Source: the human T2T-CHM13v2.0 reference genome, Homo sapiens. From it: DNA of 64,000 bases. A program made the translations under genes and the position numbers. The stretch lies in NCBI RefSeq assembly GCF_009914755.1, contig NC_060929.1, one strand, 5' to 3'. Below the pieces are notes generated by a model. It ran no database searches and had not been told where the DNA came from. It saw only the letters and a list, made by a program, of their open reading frames with translations. Shown piece by piece: positions 12,440-28,890 of the stretch (position 1 is the stretch's first letter; every line of letters starts with the position of its first letter).

Positions 12440-13184
12440 CTGACCCTGTCCATATCTTGCCTGCTCCTTCCACCCCATCCCACCCCAAATAGCCTCTTGT
12501 TCCTCCTTCTTTGGGAAATCTGCTCACAAAATAGGTTATACAGGCTACCAAAATGAACACCATGTTTGTCAGACGAAAAGGTGAGAAGATTGTAACTTTG
12601 AGATATTGGCCTGTGGTTTTCCCATGGTATTTTCCATAACCACAACCTTCCTCCCCTCCGTGCCACATTTGGACAGGTGGGTGCCAGCTCTCATTGCTTT
12701 GGAAGAATGCACAAATCAGGTCTTGGTTTTGAGGCTAACAAGTAAAGCTGAAGAGGTCTTATGATGGGAAAACAGGACAAAGCAGTGACCTGTGTAGGCA
12801 AATAGCCAGAGGTTGATGAGGACAGGGCCCTCTCAGTGCATGTCTCCTGAGTGCCAGGCTATGGCACCAAGATCAGCCCTCCTCAGCTCACTCTAGCTTG
12901 TACAGGGCCACTAAAGCTCTGACACAATCCAGGGAGATGGAGGTGAGAGAGAGACATAGGCTTGACTGATATTGCTTCTACTATTGGCAGAATGGGATGT
13001 GTATGGGAGGACAGTGTGAGAAGAGGGACAGAGAATACAAATGAAGTTCAGTATAGAGAGCCAAAAGTGGCATTTTTTTTTAACTCTCCAAGGTTGAGCA
13101 TGGAGATATGTACCTGCTGCAAGAATGTGATTTTTTTCTTTCCCTCGAGGGGAAATAAGCTCAAACATGACTTACATATTTGAG

Positions 13185-13870
13185 CTTTTATTTTTTGGTA
13201 AGTTTATTGAAGTATAACATATATGCAAATCAAAAGTATATAGCACAATTAATATTCACAAAGTAAACTTTCCTGTGCAACCAGCACCCACAGCAACAGA
13301 ACATTACTAGCACTGCAGAAATCGTAGTGCCCCCCTCTTAATCACTAATCCCCCCCAAACGGTAATCATCTCCTGACTTCCAACAGATTAGTTTTTATTG
13401 CTTTTAAGCCTTATATAAATGGAGTTAATCAAAATATACTCGTTCATGTCTGGCTTCTTTTGCTCATCATGTTCATGAGATTTATTTATGGCTTCGCACA
13501 TAGCTATAGTTCATTTCATTCTAAGGCGGCAGGTGTTTCATTATATGAATATACTAGGATTTATCTGCTCTATTCTAAGCAGGCATTTGGGCTATTTGCA
13601 GTGTGCATAGAATGCTGTCATGAATGCTCTTGTACATGTCTTTTAGTGCACATGGATGGGCATTTCTGTTGAGGATAATCCTAGAAGTGGAATTGCTAGG
13701 TCTTACAGTACATGTGTGGTTCAGTTTTAGCAGACACTGCCAAACAGTTTTCCAAACTGGTTGCACTATTTACACTCCCACCAACAGTGCATGAGGGTGC
13801 CAGTCTCTCTATGTTCTTCCCAACATTTGGTATTGATTATCTTTCATTTTGGCCATTCTAATTTTTGTTA
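13185..13870 (-). mobile_element. Old L1M (L1MC/ME-type) 3' end
   Basis: tttattgaagtataacat...cctagaagtggaattgctagg...gccaaacagttttccaaa...ggccattct. Confidence 0.8.
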
Positions 13871-13994
13871 GGATTTTAGTCAGCATGTTTGGAGGGTGAA
13901 CACAAGTAATGAGGAGCTAATTTCAAGACTCTGCAAGGCTTTTTCTAAGTAATTTCCAATTTTAGGTAGCCCAATCCCTTCCTCCTCTCTGTCT

Positions 13995-14400
13995 TTCTTA
14001 GCCCATTTGTGTTGCTATAAAGCAGTACCTGGGACTGGATAATTTATGAAGAAATGAGGTTTACTTGGCTTATGGTTCTGCAGGCTGTACAAGAAGCATG
14101 GTGCAGGCATCTGCTTCTGGTAAGGACTTCAGACTGCTTCCACTAATGGTAGAAGGTGAAGGAAAGCAGGCATCACAGAGAGGAGAAGAGAGAAAGGGGA
14201 GGAGGTGCCTGGCTCATTTAACAACCAATTCTCGTGGTAACTAAGAGTGATAACTTATTCAGTCCCACGAGAATGGCACCAAGCCACTCATGAGGGATTT
14301 GACCTCGTGATCCAAACACCTCCCACCAGGCCCAATATCCAACATTGGGGATCATATTTCAACATAAGATTTGGAGGCCATAGTTATCCAAACTATATAA
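13995..14400 (-). mobile_element. MST-family MaLR solo LTR (MSTB-like)
   Basis: ttagcccatttgtgttgctataaag...ggttctgcaggctgtacaagaagcatgg...atccaaactata. Confidence 0.85.
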
Positions 14401-15089
14401 CCCTCTTACAGAGAATTTTAGAAAATAGGGACAACTCTGTTCTTTACCATTGTAGAATATTGCAACTGAAGAGGTCCCCTTCAAGATCATCTATCTCACC
14501 TCCCCATCATACACATGAGAAAACTAACCAAGCAGGGGAAAGTGAGCTCTGAAGAATCTTCTTGCCAGCTACTTCTCAGGTGGCAGGACTAGGACTAAGG
14601 TACCCATGATGAGTCTACTGCTTTATCTGCCTCCTTGTGCTATTTCTCCATTATAACTTCTTCCAAATTTCACTGCCAAACCCAACAATAGAGGATATTC
14701 TTTGGACAGTGTGACAAGTACATCTTAGCCGATGTCTGGACTGTCACTCACCCGTGCAGCCCATCTCTTTGGGTGGGAAGGACAATGATGGTGAGGTTTC
14801 TAGACAGAGTGAATGAGCTGCACTTCCCAGCCTTGTAGCCTGCCTGCAGCTTGCGGTAAGATTTGCATCTCAAAGCTTCCAGAAGCCTCCCTAAATTTCA
14901 TTTCTTACCAGCCTTGGCATCTGCTCTGTAACTCTGTTGTCCTAGTTCCCAGACAGAGCCATGACATTACACTGGGGTAGAATGTGGTGATTTATGCTTT
15001 TTCTTTCTTTCTCTCTCTTGCCCTCTCCTTCTGTTTATGCATCTTTTTATGTCAGTAAACTGGTCTAGTCACTTTTTCCTATGTGGGCA

Positions 15090-15310
15090 TAATAACAACA
15101 CTTACTGAGTGCTTACTATGTGCGAGGCATTGTATCATTCAATGCTCACAATAGCCCTTTGAGGCTGGTATCACTTTATCCACATTTTCTAGGCAGAGCA
15201 TGGGAGCCTTTGAGAAGTCATCTTGTCCAGACCCACTGTGAAGTGGCTGAGCCAGGACTCGAACCCAAGAAGTCAGGGCCACACTCTCAACCATGACTCC
15301 GCAGCCTCTG
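15090..15310 (-). mobile_element. MIR
   Basis: cttactgagtgcttactatgtgcgaggcattgt...ggactcgaacccaag. Confidence 0.7.
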
Positions 15311-16386
15311 TTACTGGGAACTATTATCATGGGATTGAGTAGGGAGAAAATGCTGGCTCAGGGCATGCCTTTCTTTAAGAAAGCCATATAAAGGAAAATC
15401 TGAAGCTATAAAGCAGACGTGTTTTCTTGCAGAAGGAAAGCAGTTCAAACCCAGAGCTCCACCGGGAGCACTTAAGTGTGTTTTCACAGAATTTACTACT
15501 TGACTTGGGGGCTTGGCAGAGTCAGAGAAACTCAACCAGAGTGTTAGGGAACTTCTAGCCTACAGTAATCATTGGGAAACCAGGATAAAACATCTCTTCT
15601 TTGGAAGAGAGCCAGAGAGCTGTAGATTTGGGAGCTACTTCACAGGCAGGAATAGCTACAGGTGTACAAGGTAGTAGGGAAAGGAAATTGAGTTGCACAG
15701 GGCAAATTCAAGAGGGCTTCCTTTAAAAAATGGAAGTATACCTGCCATTCTTTTCCTGGGAGTAGAGAGGAGCCTATAAACAGCGTTAAGGTGGGAGATT
15801 CAAAAGGAAGAAGTCAGATGTACATCTGGCTGTGATGGTGGACTGGAGAAATAGATCAACTTACATTAGGGAGAAGGATGTTTAGAAAACAGGGTCAAGA
15901 ACCTATAAAAATTTATGTGGAGTCTTAACTGAGGGTAGAGGTCAGTGTTGAAAATTTTGATTTTAAACATCTGAATCCTGCTTCCCACAGTATCTCTCGT
16001 GTCACTGTCCCCACGTTTCTGCCTAAAACCTTCCAATGGTTTCCCATTGCCCTTAGAATAAAACTCAAACTCTATACCATGACTGATCTGGCTCCCGTCT
16101 GCTTTCCCAGCCTTTCTTCTGTCACCCTCCCCTTTATTCCTCCAGCTGCAATGGTCTTGTTTCTTTTCCTTCAACATATTAGGCTTCCTCCTGACTCGAG
16201 TCCTTTGCATTACTCGTTCCTTTCCCTGGAATGCTCTTTTCTGGTTCTTTGCAGGACTGATTCCTAGTCTTTCCAGTCTCAGCTCCTAGGGCAACACCTT
16301 AGAGAGCCTCACATTTATCTGATGATCCTGCTTCCTTCGTAGGATTTATCATCATCTCTAATCACCTTGTTTACGTATCTCTTAAC

Positions 16387-16689
16387 TTTTCTTTTCCTTT
16401 TTTTTTTTTAAATACAGAGTCTCACTGTTGCCCAGGCTGGAGTGCAGTGGTCTGATCTTGGCTTACTGCAACCTCTGCCTCCTGGGGTCAAGCTATTCTC
16501 CTCCTTCAGCTTCCTGACTGCTGGGATTACAGGCACATGCCACCACGCCCAGCTAATTTTTGTATTTTTAGTAGAGATGTGGTTTTACCATGTTGGCCAG
16601 GCTGGTCTCAAACTCCCGACCTCAGGTGATCCACCCGCCTCAGCCTCCCAAAGTGCTGGGATTACAGGCATAAGCCACCATGCTCGGCC
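16387..16689 (-). mobile_element. Alu (AluSx-like)
   Basis: Antisense dimer with T tail, ...cctcaggtgatccacccgcc...ggcc. Confidence 0.95.
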
Positions 16690-16751
16690 TTCTCTTTGTT
16701 TATTACTTGTCTTCACTCACTAGATTTCAAGTTCCAACAACAACAAAAAAA

Positions 16752-16826
16752 GTGTGTGCATGTATGTGTGTGTGTGCGTGTGTGTGCACGTGTGTGCGTG
16801 TGTGTGTGTGTGTGTATGTGTGTGTA
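16752..16826. repeat. Imperfect (TG)n microsatellite
   Basis: Direct reading. Confidence 0.95.
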
Positions 16827-17094
16827 TTTAGCTCAAAATCATCAGCACCTAGAACATTGCTAAGGATTTCTGGACATTTGACATAACTTTGTTGAATGAA
16901 TGAATGAACTACTGGTAGAACCAGACATCTCACTAACCATGAAAGGAATATTCAGGCTTCTAGTTTCTACTAATAAACACCAATTATAAAATGAAATAGT
17001 GTCAGTTATTCTTTGAAAATCAGTGTAAGTCTTCTCTAATGATCAGGAGTACCACACATCACAGATCTAAAACTATCAAATAAAAGATCTTAAA

Positions 17095-20880
<3,786 letters not shown>

Positions 20881-21393
20881 CCAGGAAATCTAATTTTCAG
20901 TCAAAACAAGGAAAATTTCTATTTTCAATGCAGTTCTGCCTCCATTTCTGATTCACAAACACACTTCCCAGGAAAGTAAGCCTCTTCTATAAGTATACAT
21001 CTCATGCTAGTGTGCATGCAGCTTGAGAAGTCAGCTGCACGGAGAGGAGCTGGCAGAAATAAAAATTTTTCTGAAAAATTCAGAGAAAACAACAACTGTA
21101 ATGTACATATCATTTTGCACAATGGCCCTTGGCCTCAGAAAATTATAGGGAAAGAACATAGATGATGTGAAGAAAAATAATATGAAGAAAATTAATTTTT
21201 GTTGGTTTTTCAGACTTTCTTGGAAGAAACAGTATTTCTTTCCTCATATCCATTCATGTTAAGAATTCCTAGGATGTCTCAAGCACACCCTCAATAATTT
21301 ACAATTGTCAAGCCACAATTTGTAGACACTCACAACTTTAAATTAAAAGGAATTCCTAGAGAAAAGTTATAATAATTAGCTCTCATATTTGTG

Positions 21394-22424
21394 TTGTTTC
21401 AGTTAGGATGTTTTTGTCCATAAATAATAGAATATCAGATGAACAGTGGCTGAGACAATAAAGTCATTTATTATCTCACCTAGCAAGAAGCCTGCATGTA
21501 GGCAGTTCCTGGGCTGTTTCATCAGCTCAACAATGGCACTAAAGATTTAACATATTTCTACTTATTTCGTCATCCTTAACTGTTGGAGTTTTGTCCTCAT
21601 GCTCATTGCCTTGTTATCATAAAACGGAAGCTACAGCCCTAGACATCACATCTGTGTTCAAGGCAGGAAGAAAGAAGAGATAACACAAATAAACTCTTCA
21701 TTCATTGGTATCTTTTATGTAAAAAAACACAACAAATTTTTTTCCCCAAAGACTCTTGGCAGACTTTTGCATATATAGTTGACCCTTGAACAACATGGGG
21801 GTGAGAGGCACTAATCTCCATGCAGTTGAAAATTTGTGTATAACCTTCAACTCCCCAAAAACTTAACTGCAAATAACCTACTATTGACCAGAAGTGTTAC
21901 CAATAACATAAATAGTTATTTAACACATATTTTCTATGTTATATGTATTAAATACTATATTCTTATGATAAAGCAAGAGAAAAATAAGACGTCATTAAGA
22001 AAATCATAAGAGAAAATATATTTACTATTCATTAAGTGGAAGTGGATCATCATATAGGTCTTCATCCTCATCATTGCCACACCGAGTAGGCCAAGCAGGA
22101 GGAAGAAGAAGAGAGTTGGCTTGCTTTCTCCTGGGGCAGAGTCAGGAGAATATCCATGTATAAGTGGACAAACAGTTCAAACTTGTGCTGTTCAAGGGTC
22201 AACTGTATACGACTAGACTGAACTGGGTCTCACAGCCATCCCTAAATATGAGTAAAGCTGGAGAAAAACCTGATTAGTAAAAGTGAAAGGCTGCTAAGAT
22301 TGGCTTAAAACAACCATGATCTAGTTCTTGAAACGGAAAAAGTACTTCCTTGAACAAAATCAGGATTCTATTAGGGAGGAAGTTGAGAATGGCTGTTGGT
22401 TGGGCTCCTCACAGTGTATGCCAC
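21394..22424 (-). mobile_element. Old MLT1 (J/K-like) LTR interrupted by Tigger2a
   Basis: tttcagttaggatg... start and ...aaaatcaggattct...cagtgtatgccaca end. Confidence 0.6.
21776..22205. mobile_element. Tigger2a-like non-autonomous Tc1/mariner DNA transposon
   Basis: TIRs (t)agttgacccttgaaca / tgttcaagggtcaactg, TA on both sides, 430 bp. Confidence 0.9.
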
Positions 22425-22649
22425 AAATGCCATGTAATGTTCTTTTCCCTGAGCTATTTTCCCTTCTATCCAATCCCATTCTTAGAGTCTCCCAAGGAGT
22501 TAGATAGGTTCTGTGTGTCACAGATAAGTAAAGTTAGACTCTAGTAAGTGAGCGGCTCAGAGTGCTCTCCAAAGCTTTCTAAAATATTTCTCAGAATGAA
22601 AGCTTAATTCTGTGGTTAAATTCTTTTGAGGAAATACTATCTTTAAAAC

Positions 22650-22823
22650 ATAGAGCACTTAAGCATCTCTTATAAGACAAGAGGTGTGCTAGATGCCTTA
22701 GATGTATTATCCAACTTAATCCTTTCAGCAAGCAGATGACATAGGTCCTGTTATGATCATCTTGTTTATGTAGATAAGCAACCCAAGCTTTTGATAGGTT
22801 AAATAACTTTTTCAATGACATAC
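22650..22823 (-). mobile_element. MIR (continues at ~24485 after MER52)
   Basis: taatcctttcagcaag...ggttaaataact...; continuation actggtcagtggtagaatc. Confidence 0.6.
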
Positions 22824-24480
22824 TAATGGTAGCAGTGGCTCATCTGGAGTGGCTGCTGCCATGATGCCATCTGCAGTGGGACAGGTGCAGCAAGGAGCTG
22901 GGAACAGGCAGAAACCCCACCCTATTCCAAGTTGGCAGGGTAGGAGCCTCGTGCTCCCTGAGTGCAGCTGCAGCTGCCCAGCTATGGTTCCAGACCCAGG
23001 CATTCTCATGTTCTTGGGGGCCAGGAGCAGGCAGGAGCCCCACCCTTCCAGATGCAGCTGCAGCCGCCCAAGTTGTGGCTGCAGACCCAGGCATTTCTGC
23101 ACTCTCGCTCACCCAGGAAGGCACAGCTCACCCCGTGATCCCCACAGGCTTGGAAGTGCCTGCTCCCACTGCCTGGCCTCTCCCAGCTCCTGGCAACTGC
23201 TCCAATCTCGGAACAAAGCTGAGGCTGAGTTTGGACACTGTTGCAACCCACTGGGTGTGTGTACACTCAGGGCAGCACTGACTCTAGACTTTGGGTGCCA
23301 ATGTGCGTGGGAGGGAGGCTGGCAGGGGGGGCGGGCTGAGGGCAGCTTGGCGCTGGCCTGCAGGTGCCCCTCAGCACAAACTACCTGGGTGCCATGAACA
23401 GCCACAGGAGCCAGACAGGCTCCAGGGCAGAAAGGGGTGGGTCCGCAGTGAAGCCCCACCTTCAAACCCAGGAAGGCCTAAAGACTGGAGGCCAGGCTGC
23501 CAGTCCAGTGGAACAGAGTGGGAATTTATGGTGCTTTTTCCATGCCCGCCCATGGTTGTCCGTGGACCAATCAGCACATACTTCCTTCCCTCTGAAGCCC
23601 ATAAAAAACCCAGACTCAGGGAGATGACAAGATGACCAGCTGCAGAAAACAGCTACCTACTTCACGGTCTCCTCTCTGCTGAAAGCTGAACACTCAATAG
23701 GATGACCTGCCTGCAGAAAGGACCTACCCACTCCAGGGTCTTCTTTCTGCTGAGAGCTGAATACTCATCAGGACACCCTGCCTGTGGAGAGCAGCTACCC
23801 ACTGCAGATCTCCTCTGAGCTCTTCTGTTGCTCAATAAAGCTCCTCTTCACCTTGTTCATCCTCCACTTTTCTTTGTACCTCATTCTTCCTGGGTGTAGG
23901 ACAAGAACTCGGAACCCGAAGAATGGCAGGGCTAAAAGAGCTGTATCACAAACAGGGCTGAAACATGCCCCTTGCTTGCTATGTTGCAGGTAGCAAGAAG
24001 GAGAAAAGAAAGAAGGAAGGAAGAGCCCTTGCTCTTCGGGGAGTCTAGGCCTAGGAGCTCCCTAAGCCAGGGCTGTGACACTCTCTTTGGGGCTCTGTGG
24101 TTCCTGGAATCTCCAAGTTTCTGGGTGTCACCACGTTCCCCAGTGCCAGCTGTGGGAGCTGCTTGCTGTATGCCTGGTCCAGCCACAGCCTCTCAGGGAG
24201 CTGGCACCCTCACCAGCACCTGCAGCTGCCTGCCCCGCCTCAGTCAGCATGCCTGGCTGTGTGCAGTGGCCAGACCCCATGCTTGCTGGCTCATACACCC
24301 CTCGCCATTCCACTCACCCTTGGCAGGCATAGGATCCAGGACTGTAGTGTAAGCCAAGCACAGCTTACCAGGCTGAGTGGGCAGAATGAGCCCAGTGGGC
24401 CCGAGCAAAACTCAGGCAAAGGTGTCACTGGCCACAGAGGTTTCCAGCTGGAAAAGCATCACCCTGAGAATCTCGTGACA
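22824..24480 (+). mobile_element. MER52A-like ERV1 long solo LTR
   Basis: taatggtagcagtggctcatctggagtggctgctgcc start, ...tctcgtgaca end, 1657 bp, 4-bp TSD atac/atgc, CCAAT and AATAAA present. Confidence 0.88.
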
Positions 24481-24982
24481 ATGCCACTGGTCAGTGGTAG
24501 AATCATAACGCAGATCAAAGGAATCTCTTTCCAAAGCCTACATTCTTTACCAAAGAGTGCTGCAAAAAGATTGCCTTGTCTCAGGACTTCTCAGATCCAA
24601 TTCCCATGCATTTTATTTTAGACAATGCATTTACAGTAAATACAGTAAAATGTATTGGATGCATTAGAATCTCCAAGAGAAGGATCTAAATGATTGATCA
24701 GAGAACTCTATTCACCGAATGTCTAGGAGGACTTTGAAGGACTAGTGTCCTGAGTAACACACTTCGGAAAACACTGGTGCAGTGAACAAAATGTTGAACC
24801 GTGAATTAGAAAACATGAGTTCCCATTGTAATTTCCCAACCCAGCAAACCTTTTTCTTGTAGCTAATTCCTATTTGTCTTTCAAAACGTCAACACTGCAT
24901 TTCAGCACCTTTTCTCTAGGTAGATTTTCTGGATCTCTAGGTCTGATTTTAGTGTCTTTTCTATGATTTCATATTGCTCCAT

Positions 24983-25238
24983 GTAGTTGTTCCCACCAGG
25001 GGGCAAATGTCCCCTTATATTTGTCAATGTATGGGGACATTTGGCAATGTATGGGGATATAGTTGGTTGTTATAACTGATGTGGAAGACAGTGCGCTATT
25101 GGCATTTAATGAGCAGAGGCCAAGGATATTCTGAACATTCTACAATACACAGGACAATGCCCTCACTCCCACCCTAAGCCCACAGCAAAGAATTACTCAG
25201 CCCAAAATGCCCAGAGTGCAGAGGTTGAAAGACTCTTC
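24983..25238. mobile_element. MER20 hAT-Charlie element within an L2
   Basis: ggggacatttggcaatgt...gaggccaaggat...aaagaattactcagcccaaaatg...gaggttga. Confidence 0.8.
24993..25005 (+). promoter_or_regulatory. Candidate CTCF site
   Basis: CCACCAGGGGGCA matches the CTCF core motif; located in MER20. Confidence 0.5.
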
Positions 25239-25723
25239 TCTATAGGACTTTTCACACTGCCTGAATCTTGTATTTTCTGTGTGTGTTGGTCCCTCTTTTA
25301 ATTGTCGACTTCTCGACTAGAGACCAGGGCTTCTTAAAATTTACTGGGCACAAACAGGTCTCAATATTTCCTGTTGAAGGAGAGAAGTTAGTAATAGATT
25401 TTAGTAGGTGCATTTGGAGGTGTCTACCTACCTCATAGCCTCCCATTCTCGAGTTCTACCACACATTACATTGGAGGGTCCTAGCAGCCATGTCTATACT
25501 ACACAACTCTATTTCTTTGTTCTAGTCGTTGAAACAGAGGTGGACACTGATCCTCACCTCAGTCCATTATATTTTCTCCACAGTGAATTTAGAATTAATA
25601 CTCAGAGGCACTAGTCTCCAGTGGCTGAGGGCTATAGAACAGCATCTTTGGCATAGTGAGTGATAAAATCTGGTAAATTCCAATTGTCTGCACCTGCAAA
25701 TAGGTGTAGACATGTGAGAATTA

Positions 25724-25802
25724 TTAGATTGATGCAAAAGTAATTGTGGTTTTACCATCACTGTCAATGGCAAAAACCGTAATTACTTTTGCACAAAACT
25801 AA
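25724..25802. mobile_element. MADE1 (Hsmar1-derived MITE)
   Basis: 79-bp near-palindrome ttagattgatgcaaaagtaattg...aattacttttgcacaaaactaa with TA on both sides. Confidence 0.95.
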
Positions 25803-28381
25803 TAGCATGCTACAAATAGTAACCTTGGTTTTCACAGTGGCTTTCCACTGAAAAGCCATTGCTGGTTCCACGGAGCCCATGTGTTCCCCCTTGCATGTTC
25901 TGAGGTTTCATTTCTTTACTCCTATACTAAATTCCCTCTGTTTTATTTTGGTCTGAGTGAGTTTCTGTTTACATAGAATCAAAGAGTCTTGATTAAGATA
26001 CAAGTTGGAAAACATATCCCAATGTTCTTAACTTTAATATAAGATTCTTCCTTCTCCCAAAACATGAAAGTTTGAAAGAGAAAAGAAATAGTGTCAGAGA
26101 GTCTATGAAATGGACCTAGAAGTCACCTCTGTCATACCACTTTCAGTGTTCTACAAAGGGTAGCTGGAAAGGCCATTCCTATTTTTAGATGAACACCCAG
26201 AAAGGGTGTCTAATGCCTGGGGGGGCTTGCTTTAGACTCTAAACTATATAATGTTGCACAGGCATAAATTCTCCTCTGTAAATGAAAGGCATTACAATCT
26301 ACTTCAGTTTCAATACGTCAAAAGAGGCCCGTGGAGACAATTATTTGCTGAAGGGGCACATGACCTTGTTGGACCTGACATTTATTTTGTCTTCCTTTGA
26401 AAATAGTTAAAATTGCATAATTGATATTTTGCACTTCTAATCTTTTGCTTCTTGATGACTACCACAAAGAAATAATAATAACAGATTAAATCTGGCTGTT
26501 GTCTTGAAATAGACTTTGTATTTTTCCCCCCTAAAGGAAAACAAATAGAAAACTAGCTGTACAATGTTTCAGGGATACAGCCACACAAGTGTAAAGTGTT
26601 CCTGATCACCTCTAGCTGTGATGGCCTGGAAAAGCACAGAAACAGCAGCTACAGTTGCTGGTCCAAGCCCAGCCATCTTCAAGTTCAAGTTCTTTGCCTG
26701 GCTCGAAGTTTGGCATGAGGACAGATTTCTGTCAATGGTGTGTTTTCTAGTACAAGGCTGGCCATTTCCCTGAAGTGGATCTATCCTCTGCTTGTTCCTT
26801 GACCTCCTCCCAAAAACCTGGGAGAGTTTTCTAGATAAATAGCTATTATATTCCCCCACCAAATTTGTCCTTGATTTACCCAGCATGGATGCCAAGGAAC
26901 ATTTACACGATGAATTAAGACCCTCTGAGATCATCACTGCTCTTCTTCATGGCGGACTGTATTTGCGGGAGTTTGACTACACTTTCATCAACACCAGCCA
27001 TTTGTTCTTTCCTTTACCTATTAGAATTTCACTCATACTTTTTTTCCCTTTCTGGGCCTACTCATTATTGTTTCCAGATCACAAAATAATTTTTCGCAAT
27101 CTGTTTTTCTTTGGTGACCCCCAGTTCCAAACACCTTTCTTTTTGGTGCTAGTTGAATTATTATTTTTTTATCTTGTTTTTTAAGAGCCTTGATTTTAGG
27201 CTATAGACTTTCACTGATGCAGCCTCTGACACAAGAGGCTGTTTTCTGCTTCCTAAAGCTCCGGTGTCAGGCTCAGATGTGGAATAAAGAGTTTAAAGCA
27301 TCTTATTAACTTGGTAGTCAAACAATAATCTCAGATTCAGAAAATTTTCTATCTGTATGAAAGGATTTCATATATTGATTTTAAAAAATAGACAAAAAAT
27401 AAGCTGATTCCTTGGATGTAAGGCCAATAATCAGAGTCAGGATTTCTCTGACTCTCTGGAAACAAATCCCATGCTAGCTCACTCACATTTTTTCCCCAGA
27501 AGCCTGTATTAGAATGTGGAAAGCAGCAGGGGTGGGGGGTAGAAGAGTCTGTAATTTTAATGGGACTGCAGAGACCACTTTGAAATATTGAACACCTCCA
27601 TGAGAACAAATATTACAGCTTCCATCCGATGTCATAATCACTGTTATCTTTAAGGATCCAAGTGTGTAGATGAGTTTTCTTGACATAGAATATGACTAGG
27701 TCCTTCAGGATACTGCAGGATGTCATTTGCAGGTCACAAATGACTCCCTGCTCTGCGATTCTTCCATGAGCCGGGGCTTTGATTTCAGTGTTCCTTTTCT
27801 AAAGCCATGGCCATTGCAGCCGGGCAGTGACTCAAGCAGATGGCTGATGGTGACAAGCCTACTCCGACTGGTAATAAAAATACCAGAAGCTACACTACAT
27901 TGTGTACAAATACGTGAGGCTATTGCTGATTCCTTTGTATCTCTAGATTCTATTTAGAGAACGAGTTGATCTTTTGCATGCAGAACCCTCTCAGAATGAA
28001 CCATTGCACCAGGTGTATTTGAAGCATCTACTGCCTTTTGTGAAAGTCAGGATTTTTTTTTTTTTTAATTAGGCTTCAAAACCACACTCTTACCCTCTAA
28101 GGTTTCTGGCAGACTACCCATGATTTGGGGTTGGGGAAGAGAAACCATCAGAGGCACTCCCAAACTGAAAGACTAATTTAAATTGTGTTGTTTCTCTCTT
28201 CTCTTAAGAGATGTTGCTAATGAACCCCCAAAATGGGAAAGTGTAGAATTAGAGGCAGAGGTGGGAGTGAGGGTAGAATGTAAACACTGAGTAATCCATT
28301 CCCTAGGTAATGAGTCCAGGAATAGTTGAGAGTCGATTTTGAACTAGGCAGTCCCTGTGGTTGCTTTGCTTAGTTTATTAG

Positions 28382-28545
28382 ATTGCTTCTCAAACCTTTG
28401 AACATCAGGATCACCTGGAGAGCTTTTATAAAATTACAGCTTCTGGGATCCCACCCTCAGAGGGTCTGATTTAGCACATTTAGGCTGGTGCCAGGAAATC
28501 TGTATTTTTGAACAAGAACCTTGGTGAGTCTAACCTGCTACTACT
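28382..28545. mobile_element. MER5A-like hAT element
   Basis: ttctcaaac...catcaggatcacctggagagctt...ccaccctcagag...tctgatttag...aatctgtatttt. Confidence 0.7.
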
Positions 28546-28724
28546 GCATCACAATGTGATATTAGTAAGTCTGAAAGTCTCAGGTCCAATTGCAACTCCA
28601 AGTTAGCTAAATGCTCATGTTGTGGCCTCTATCTGCCAATCATGAGCATTCTGGTAAATGGGGTGAGAAGCAGGGAATGGAAAGAAAGGATAACAGATGA
28701 GAGATGGGAAGGTCCATTGTCCAG

Positions 28725-28890
28725 TCCTTGCTCCAACATTTATTAGCCATATGACCTTGGGCAAATGTCTCTGAGAGGCTCAGTGCCTCATCTGTAGAAT
28801 GGGGACCATAATTCCTGCCTTGCTTACCTCATTGGGTTATGAGGACCAAATGAGAAATAACTTTGTAAAACATTACATGTTAGAAGTAAC
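28725..28890 (+). mobile_element. MIR
   Basis: tgaccttgggcaa...ctcagtgcctcatctgtagaatgggg core. Confidence 0.75.

Larger units (their letters stand above)
16010..16910 (+). mobile_element. L2 fragment interrupted by Alu and (TG)n
   Basis: aaaaccttccaatggtttcccattgcccttagaataaaa...ttgttgaatgaatgaatgaa. Confidence 0.7.

Noticed and set aside
13158-13188. Small hairpin aagctcaaacatg...catatttgagctt
   Set aside because: 13-bp stem with a mismatch; too short to distinguish from chance
22812-24621. Many overlapping ORFs up to 182 aa
   Set aside because: All lie in the GC-rich MER52 LTR, on both strands, with no recognisable domain
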